Assembly (NCBI GenBank): GCA_963920595.1
Contig: OY986947.1
Span: forward strand, 1-64,000
From: Eimeria praecox
Taxonomy: Eukaryota
Length of the DNA stretch: 64,000 bases
Direction of reading: 5' to 3'
Each line of letters opens with the position of its first letter. The stretch's first letter is position 1. Below are positions 54,201-64,000 of the stretch, piece after piece. A program made the position numbers and the translations under genes. The notes below the pieces were generated by a model. That model searched no databases. It was not told where the DNA came from and saw only the letters and a program-made list of their open reading frames with translations.

Positions 54201-57200
54201 TACCAAATTCATCCCCAGTGAAGACCTGACAACTGCTCACAGGAAACAATCGTGGCTCACATGCCACCCACTGATCCCGCATTATCGGTACCATAGCCAG
54301 AGTCCCATGCACACAAGCAACACTGTTGCAAACTGCTTAGAGACGCGACGTATCGAATGCACCATACCCTTAGTGGCTTGTCACAATTGCCCAGCAATGC
54401 CATTCTCGCAGTGCCTAGCCCAGTTACCAACTTGCACTCACTCAGCTTGTACAGAGCAACAGACCACTGACTCACTATGCAACGAAGCAACACTTCCAAT
54501 CAAAACGCCTAGTCCTATGATAAAGTTGCCATGTCTTTTCATTACTCCACAAAAGTGCTGAAACAAGCACTACCGCTGCGCATAATGAAGCCAATGCACC
54601 GGCAAAACGCACAGACTGAGTCAAGCAATGGCTCAAAGGCTAAAGACGCCCGCACTGGCATTATGTGCATCGCAGCATCCAAAGAACCACCAGGTGCCAG
54701 CTTGCCCCAACGCACACACCTCCACACAGGAGGAGATATGCAGGCAAGCACATCAAACAAATTCATCAAGTAAGCAGCGCACAGTCTGCAGCCAGGTATC
54801 AGTTCGTTCTAACGAAACAGAAGGCTAAGAGGTAGGACGCAGCCGCAGCGAGAAACAACTGATACGACCACTGCTGCAATCTTCACCAAATAAGCAATTC
54901 GATAAGCGCAAGGCACTCATAACTACAGCCAGGATTCAATGGGTCTCCTTGAACACAAGAACATACAAAGAACCGATTTTCGGTGGCGATCCTACACAAC
55001 CTGAAGCACGCATGGGCCGAGATATCCAGCCGTACACGATGCTGCCTAGACAGCACCGTGGCACCGGCTAGCAGCTGAATGGGAGGAAGGAAGCACCCGT
55101 CTACCCGTCGGGAATCCGCACTCTCCGCAAACCACAGAAAATGCTTCGCATTGCCCAGCTGCCTCCCAAAATGCCATACAATACCCAATGTGCAGACGAC
55201 GAGCCATCGAATGCACCATGCTCTTAGGGCCTTGACACGGTTGTCCAACTATGCTTTCCCTGCAGTGCCGAACGCAATTACCAGCTTCTATTCGCCCAGG
55301 CTGTGCAGTGCAACAGACCAATGATCCAATATGCGACAAAGCAGCATCTCCAAAAAACACCGCATAGGCCCATGCCAAAACTAGCACGCCACCGGGGTAC
55401 TCCATAAAAGTGCTGAGACACCCAGTATCGCCGCGCGCCACAAGAAGCACCTGCCACATCCGCAAGCTGATTCGGGCCGCGAATGCATGCAAGCACACAT
55501 GCACCATTTTGCAACCCACTGTTGACCAGCAAGAGTTGCTACGCTGCTACACCTTCTTATGCGTTCTCACCTCTTAGCAACGGGCTACGGAGAACGCTCC
55601 GTCACCGCTGTTCATTACATAGTTTGCTGCGGACGCCGCTCAGACACTTAGATACTCACACAGACACTCATTCAGCCATATTTTACAAGACAACCACAAG
55701 CAGCCGCCTACAAGCCACCGCCGGCATGCCACCTCGAAATCCATTCAGGAACGCACAAGGTAAAGCCACGCCAGACCAAATATAAACGCCTTAGCGCTAC
55801 GACAGACGAAGTTGTTTCATAGGCCAAACGCACACGCAGACCACGCATCATTTAGCACTGTCTCTGAAGGCCTAAACTACTGCAGGAGCCAACGTGCCCC
55901 ACAACACACATCTCCAGCCGACATAGGGAATCCAGCCAGAAGGAAACGAGCCAAACATTTCGCCAAATACACAACGCACAGTCTGCGGCCACACATTGCT
56001 TTGGGGGTTAAGTAAATCAAAGCTCAGACACAGTACATGCGCCAGCCGTCAGTAGCTGCAAACAGGCTTCACCTTGCATTCAGAACAAGAAACCAGGAGG
56101 TCAAATTGACTGTGTGCGGCCACCCTGCACCAGGTGCACACCACGTGCACCACCCGCAACCATAATGTACACGCCTGTACGGCACTGTCAGTCCAGCGTG
56201 CACAGAGGCGCCACCTGCCACCCCACCGGGAGAACGGCTGCCGCTACCCCTGGAATGCAGACATTCGATGCACGCAATAACGAAACTTAAACAATCAGCA
56301 CACAACCAGGCAGGCTATGCAATCCATATCTGAGCTCCCAAAACCCCTCGCCAGCTGCCTACTACGCATCCCCAAGCTGACATAAGCCACACATCGCAGT
56401 CAGTTGCGATCAATGGCAACCCCTTGTGGCAACAGACAGCCGCCAGGACGTGTGCAGGCAGGTTGTGTTTCTACAACGCACAACCAATCCGAATATCTGA
56501 ATTTAATGCCACCCAGTCCTTACAGGCTGTGCAAAAACACCAAACGCCAAACTGTCGCACAGCCTCTACCATATCAATGACAAGAGGAGTCCTGACAACT
56601 GCTTGCAAGAACCAATGGTGGTTCACGTGCCACCCACTGATTCCGCATTATCGGTACCATAGCCAGAGTCCCATGCACGCAAGCCGCGCTGTTGCCAACT
56701 GCTTAGAGAGGCGTCGTATCGAATGCACCATACCCTTAGTGGCTTGTCACGATTGCCCAGCAATGCCATTCTCGCAGTGCCTAGCCCAGTTACCAACTCA
56801 GACTGTTCAGAGCAACAGAACCCTGACTCACTATGCAGCGAAGCAACACTTCCAACCAAAACGCCTAGTCCTATGATAAAGTTGCCATGTCTTTTCATTA
56901 CTCCACAAAAGTGCTGAAACAAGCACTACCGCTGCGCATAATGAAGCCAATGCACCGGCAAAACGCACAGACTGAGTCAAGCAATGGCTCAAAGGCTAAA
57001 GACGCCCGCACTGGCATTATGTGCATCGCAGCATCCAAAGAACCACCAGGTGCCAGCTTGCCCCAACGCACACACCTCCACACAGGAGGAGATATGCAGG
57101 CAAGCACATCAAACAAATTCATCAAGTAAGCAGCGCACAGTCTGCAGCCAGGTATCAGTTCGTTCTAACGAAACAGAAGGCTAAGAGGTAGGACGCAGCC

Positions 57201-60200
57201 GCAGCGAGAAACAACTGATACGACCACTGCTACAATCTTCACCAAATAAGCAATTCGATAAGCGCAAGGCACTCATAACTACAGCCAGGATTGAATGGGT
57301 CTCCTTGAACACAAGAACATACAAAGAACCGATTTCCGGTGGCGATCCTACACAACCCGAAGCACGCATGGGCCGAGATATCCAGCCGTACACGATGCTG
57401 CCTAGACAGCACCGTGGCACCGGCTAGCAGCTCACTGGGAGCACGGAAGCACCCGTCTACCCGTCGGGAATCCGCACTCTCCGCAAACCACAGAAAATGC
57501 TTCGCATTGCCCAGCTGCCTCCCAAAATGCCATACAATACCCAATGTGCAGACGACGAGCCATCGAATGCACCATGCTCTTAGGGCCTTGACACGGTTGT
57601 CCAACTATGCTTTCCCTGCAGTGCCGAACGCAATTACCAGCTTCTATTCGCCCAGGCTGTGCAGTGCAACAGACCAATGATCCAATATGCGACAAAGCAG
57701 CATCTCCAAAAAACACCGCATAGGCCCATGCCAAAACTAGCACGCCACCGGGGTACTCCATAAAAGTGCTGAGACACCCAGTATCGCCGCGCGCCACAAG
57801 AAGCACCTGCCACATCCGCAAGCTGATTCGGGCCGCGAATGCATGCAAGCACACATGCACCATTTTGCAACCCACTGTTGACCAGCAAGAGTTGCTACGC
57901 TGCTACACCTTCTTATGCGTTCTCACCTCTTAGCAACGGGCTACGGAGAACGCTCCGTCACCGCTGTTCATTACATAGTTTGCTGCGGACGCCGCTCAGA
58001 CACTTAGATACTCACACAGACACTCACTCAGCCATATTTTACGAGACAACCACAAGCAGCCGCCTACAAGCCACCGCCGGCATGCCACCTCGAAATCCAT
58101 TCAGGAACGCACAATCTGTAAAGCCACGCCAGACCAAATATAAACGCCGTAGCGCTACACCAGAAGAACTTGTTTTATAGGCCAAACGCACACGCACACC
58201 ACGCACCACTTAACATATGTGGTCTCTGAAGGCCTAAACTACAGCAGGAGCCAACTTGCCCCACAACACACATCTCCAGCCGACATAGGGAATCCAGCCA
58301 GAAGGAAACGAGCCAAACATTTCGCCAAATACACAACGCACATTCTGCGGCCACACATTGCTTTGGGGTTAGAAGTAAATCAAAGGTCAGACACAGTACA
58401 TGCGCAAGCCGTCAGTAGCTACAAACAGGCTTCACGTTGCATTCAGAACAAGAAACCAGGAGGTCAAATTGACCGTGTGCGGCCACCCTGCACCAGGTGC
58501 ACACCACGTGTACCACCCGCAACCATAATGTACACGCCTGTACGGCACTGTCAGTCCAGCGTGCACAGTGGAGATACCTGCCACCTCATCGGGACAACGG
58601 TTGCTACTAGCCCTGGAATGCAGACATTGGCTGCACGCAATAACGAACCTTAAACAATCAGCACACAACCACGCACGCTATGGACTCCATATCTGGGCTT
58701 CCCAAACCCCTCGCCAGGTGCCTACTACGCAGCCCCAAGCTGGCATAAGCCACAAGCCGCAGTCGGCTGCGATCAATGGCAACCCCTTGTGACAACAGAC
58801 GGCAGCCAATCCTTGTGCAGGCACGCTGTGTTTCTACAACGCACAGCCATTCCCAATATCCGAATTTGCTACCACCCAGTCCTTACCGACTGCGCAAAAA
58901 CACCAAACGCCAAACTGGTACACAGCCTCTACCAAATTCATCCCCAGTGAAGACCTGACAACTGCTCACAGGAAACAATCGTGGCTCACATGCCACCCAC
59001 TGATCCCGCATTATCGGTACCATAGCCAGAGTCCCATGCACACAAGCAACACTGTTGCAAACTGCTTAGAGACGCGACGTATCGAATGCACCATACCCTT
59101 AGTGGCTTGTCACAATTGCCCAGCAATGCCATTCTCGCAGTGCCTAGCCCAGTTACCAACTTGCACTCACTCAGCTTGTACAGAGCAACAGACCACTGAC
59201 TCACTATGCAACGAAGCAACACTTCCAACCAAAACGCCTAGTCCTATGATAAAGTTGCCATGTCTTTTCATTACTCCACAAAAGTGCTGAAACAAGCACT
59301 ACCGCTGCGCATAATGAAGCCAATGCACCGGCAAAACGCACAGACTGAGTCAAGCAATGGCTCAAAGGCTAAAGACGCCCGCACTGGCATTATGTGCATC
59401 GCAGCATCCAAAGAACCACCAGGTGCCAGCTTGCCCCAACGCACACACCTCCACACAGGAGGAGATATGCAGGCAAGCACATCAAACAAATTCATCAAGT
59501 AAGCAGCGCACAGTCTGCAGCCAGGTATCAGTTCGTTCTAACGAAACAGAAGGCTAAGAGGTAGGACGCAGCCGCAGCGAGAAACAACTGATACGACCAC
59601 TGCTGCAATCTTCACCAAATAAGCAATTCGATAAGCGCAAGGCACTCATAACTACAGCCAGGATTCAATGGGTCTCCTTGAACACAAGAACATACAAAGA
59701 ACCGATTTCCGGTGGCGATCCTACACAACCCGAAGCACGCATGGGCCGAGATATCCAGCCGTACACGATGCTGCCTAGACAGCACCGTGGCACCGGCTAG
59801 CAGCTGAATGGGAGGAAGGAAGCACCCGTCTACCCGTCGGGAATCCGCACTCTCCGCAAACCACAGAAAATGCTTCGCATTGCCCAGCTGCCTCCCAAAA
59901 TGCCATACAATACCCAATGTGCAGACGACGAGCCATCGAATGCACCATGCTCTTAGGGCCTTGACACGGTTGTCCAACTATGCTTTCCCTGCAGTGCCGA
60001 ACGCAATTACCAGCTTCTATTCGCCCAGGCTGTGCAGTGCAACAGACCAATGATCCAATATGCGACAAAGCAGCATCTCCAAAAAACACCGCATAGGCCC
60101 ATGCCAAAACTAGCACGCCACCGGGGTACTCCATAAAAGTGCTGAGACACCCAGTATCGCCGCGCGCCACAAGAAGCACCTGCCACATCCGCAAGCTGAT

Positions 60201-63200
60201 TCGGGCCGCGAATGCATGCAAGCACACATGCACCATTTTGCAACCCACTGTTGACCAGCAAGAGTTGCTACGCTGCTACACCTTCTTATGCGTTCTCACC
60301 TCTTAGCAACGGGCTACGGAGAACGCTCCGTCACCGCTGTTCATTACATAGTTTGCTGCAGACGCCGCTCAGACACTTAGATACTCACACAGACACTCAT
60401 TCAGCCATATTTTACAAGACAACCACAAGCAGCCGCCTACAAGCCACCGCCGGCATGCCACCTCGAAATCCATTCAGGAACGCACAAGGTAAAGCCACGC
60501 CAGACCAAATATAAACGCCTTAGCGCTACGACAGACGAAGTTGTTTCATAGGCCAAACGCACACGCAGACCACGCATCATTTAGCACTGTCTCTGAAGGC
60601 CTAAACTACTGCAGGAGCCAACTTGCCCCACAACACACATCTCCAGCCGACATAGGGAATCCAGCCAGAAGGAAACGAGCCAAACATTTCGCCAAATACA
60701 CAACGCACAGTCTGCGGCCACACATTGCTTTGGGGGTTAAGTAAATCAAAGCTCAGACACAGTACATGCGCCAGCCGTCAGTAGCTGCAAACAGGCTTCA
60801 CCTTGCATTCAGAACAAGAAACCAGGAGGTCAAATTGACTGTGTGCGGCCACCCTGCACCAGGTGCACACCACGTGCACCACCCGCAACCATAATGTACA
60901 CGCCTGTACGGCACTGTCAGTCCAGCGTGCACAGAGGCGCCACCTGCCACCCCACCGGGAGAACGGCTGCCGCTACCCCTGGAATGCAGACATTCGATGC
61001 ACGCAATAACGAAACTTAAACAATCAGCACACAACCAGGCAGGCTATGCAATCCATATCTGAGCTCCCAAAACCCCTCGCCAGCTGCCTACTACGCATCC
61101 CCAAGCTGACATAAGCCACACATCGCAGTCAGTTGCGATCAATGGCAACCCCTTGTGGCAACAGACAGCCGCCAGGACGTGTGCAGGCAGGTTGTGTTTC
61201 TACAACGCACAACCAATCCGAATATCTGAATTTAATGCCACCCAGTCCTTACAGGCTGTGCAAAAACACCAAACGCCAAACTGTCGCACAGCCTCTACCA
61301 TATCAATGACAAGAGGAGTCCTGACAACTGCTTGCAAGAACCAATGGTGGTTCACGTGCCACCCACTGATTCCGCATTATCGGTACCATAGCCAGAGTCC
61401 CATGCACGCAAGCCGCGCTGTTGCCAACTGCTTAGAGAGGCGTCGTATCGAATGCACCATACCCTTAGTGGCTTGTCACGATTGCCCAGCAATGCCATTC
61501 TCGCAGTGCCTAGCCCAGTTACCAACTCAGACTGTTCAGAGCAACAGAACCCTGACTCACTATGCAACGAAGCAACACTTCCAACCAAAACGCCTAGTCC
61601 TATGATAAAGTTGCCATGTCTTTTCATTACTCCACAAAAGTGCTGAAACAAGCACTACCGCTGCGCATAATGAAGCCAATGCACCGGCAAAACGCACAGA
61701 CTGAGTCAAGCAATGGCTCAAAGGCTAAAGACGCCCGCACTGGCATTATGTGCATCGCAGCATCCAAAGAACCACCAGGTGCCAGCTTGCCCCAACGCAC
61801 ACACCTCCACACAGGAGGAGATATGCAGGCAAGCACATCAAACAAATTCATCAAGTAAGCAGCGCACAGTCTGCAGCCAGGTATCAGTTCGTTCTAACGA
61901 AACAGAAGGCTAAGAGGTAGGACGCAGCCGCAGCGAGAAACAACTGATACGACCACTGCTGCAATCTTCACCAAATAAGCAATTCGATAAGCGCAAGGCA
62001 CTCATAACTACAGCCAGGATTCAATGGGTCTCCTTGAACACAAGAACATACAAAGAACCGATTTCCGGTGGCGATCCTACACAACCCGAAGCACGCATGG
62101 GCCGAGATATCCAGCCATACACGATGCTGCCTAAACAGCACCGTGGCACCGGCTAGCAGCTCACTGGGAGGAAGGAAGCACCCGTCTACCCGTCGGGAAT
62201 CCGCACTCTCCGCAAACCACAGAAAATGCTTCGCATTGCCCAGCTGCCTCCCAAAATGCCATACAATACCCAATGTGCAGACGACGAGCCATCGAATGCA
62301 CCATGCTCTTAGGGCCTTGACACGGTTGTCCAACTATGCTTTCCCTGCAGTGCCGAACGCAATTACCAGCTTCTATTCGCCCAGGCTGTGCAGTGCAACA
62401 GACCAATGATCCAATATGCGACAAAGCAGCATCTCCAAAAAACACCGAATAGGTCCATGCCAAAGCTAGCACGCCACCGGGGTACTCCACAAAAATGCTG
62501 AGACACCCAGTATCGCCACGCACCACAAGAAGCACCTGCCACATCCGCAAGCTGATTCGGGCCGCGAATGCATGCAAGCACACATGCACCATTTTGCAAC
62601 CCACTGTTGACCAGCAAGAGTTGCTACGCTGCTACACCTTCTTATGCGTTCTCACCTCTTAGCAACGGGCTACGGAGAACGCTCCGTCACCGCTGTTCAT
62701 TACATAGTTTGCTGCAGACGCCGCTCAGACACTTAGATACTCACACAGACACTCATTCAGCCATATTTTACAAGACAACCACAAGCAGCCGCCTACAAGC
62801 CACCGCCGGCATGCCACCTCGAAATCCATTCAGGAACGCACAAGGTAAAGCCACGCCAGACCAAATATAAACGCCTTAGCGCTACGACAGACGAAGTTGT
62901 TTCATAGGCCAAACGCACACGCAGACCACGCATCATTTAGCACTGTCTCTGAAGGCCTAAACTACTGCAGGAGCCAACTTGCCCCACAACACACATCTCC
63001 AGCCGACATAGGGAATCCAGCCAGAAGGAAACGAGCCAAACATTTCGCCAAATACACAACGCACAGTCTGCGGCCACACATTGCTTTGGGGGTTAAGTAA
63101 ATCAAAGCTCAGACACAGTACATGCGCCAGCCGTCAGTAGCTGCAAACAGGCTTCACCTTGCATTCAGAACAAGAAACCAGGAGGTCAAATTGACTGTGT

Positions 63201-64000
63201 GCGGCCACCCTGCACCAGGTGCACACCACGTGCACCACCCGCAACCATAATGTACACGCCTGTACGGCACTGTCAGTCCAGCGTGCACAGAGGCGCCACC
63301 TGCCACCCCACCGGGAGAACGGCTGCCGCTACCCCTGGAATGCAGACATTCGATGCACGCAATAACGAAACTTAAACAATCAGCACACAACCAGGCAGGC
63401 TATGCAATCCATATCTGAGCTCCCAAAACCCCTCGCCAGCTGCCTACTACGCATCCCCAAGCTGACATAAGCCACACATCGCAGTCAGTTGCGATCAATG
63501 GCAACCCCTTGTGGCAACAGACAGCCGCCAGGACGTGTGCAGGCAGGTTGTGTTTCTACAACGCACAACCAATCCGAATATCTGAATTTAATGCCACCCA
63601 GTCCTTACAGGCTGTGCAAAAACACCAAACGCCAAACTGTCGCACAGCCTCTACCATATCAATGACAAGAGGAGTCCTGACAACTGCTTGCAAGAACCAA
63701 TGGTGGTTCACGTGCCACCCACTGATTCCGCATTATCGGTACCATAGCCAGAGTCCCATGCACGCAAGCCGCGCTGTTGCCAACTGCTTAGAGAGGCGTC
63801 GTATCGAATGCACCATACCCTTAGTGGCTTGTCACGATTGCCCAGCAATGCCATTCTCGCAGTGCCTAGCCCAGTTACCAACTCAGACTGTTCAGAGCAA
63901 CAGAACCCTGACTCACTATGCAACGAAGCAACACTTCCAACCAAAACGCCTAGTCCTATGATAAAGTTGCCATGTCTTTTCATTACTCCACAAAAGTGCT
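45255..64000 (+). repeat. Second subtelomeric tandem array, about 2.36-kb unit, at least 8 copies, continuing past the window end
   Basis: The marker ATGTCTTTTCATTACTCCACAAAAGTGCT occurs at 45814, 48170, 50529, 52158, 54531, 56887, 59260, 61616 and 63972 (spacings 2356, 2359, 1629, 2373, 2356, 2373, 2356, 2356). The distal edge decays gradually around 45255-45600. Confidence 0.99.

Noticed and set aside
45814..63983. Recurrent ORFs (MSFHYSTK, MDNRVKAL, MCADC and others) as real genes
   Set aside because: They are short, overlap on both strands, vary in length and frame between units, have Cys/His/Arg-rich random-like composition and show no domain.
45255..64000. Tandem telomeric retrotransposons (HeT-A/TART/TRAS-like), LTR elements or rDNA
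   Set aside because: No ORF exceeds about 157 aa. I see no RT, gag or integrase motifs, no poly(A) junctions or target-site duplications, and no rRNA-conserved sequence.

Overview
This window is the left end of a linear eukaryotic chromosome. I recognise no protein-coding gene, rRNA, tRNA, CRISPR array or intact mobile element in it. From the terminus inward: (1) about 4.8 kb of perfect (CCCTAAA)n, i.e. TTTAGGG-type telomere; (2) about 480 bp of variant telomere repeats containing a cassette present three times; (3) a 2.4 kb unique spacer; (4) a 19 kb tandem array of about 27.6 copies of a 691/692-bp unit, split into two subfamilies, with an emerging 3-unit higher-order period; (5) about 18.5 kb of mostly unique DNA with possible minus-strand pseudogene relics and a decayed 0.6-0.77 kb repeat cluster at about 38.3-41.85 kb; (6) a tandem array of about 2.36-kb units from about 45.3 kb to beyond the window end. 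The 2.36-kb unit is an old asymmetric dimer (about 0.85 + 1.5 kb), one copy is about 730 bp short, and the proximal copies alternate with a 4729-bp period. TTTAGGG telomeres, roughly balanced GC and recurring TGCATGCA would fit a coccidian apicomplexan, but a green alga cannot be excluded; this is inference. The many short ORFs in the track are mostly artefacts of the repeats. The interesting content is subtelomeric repeat architecture and evolution, and I cannot support a novel protein-based system from this sequence.
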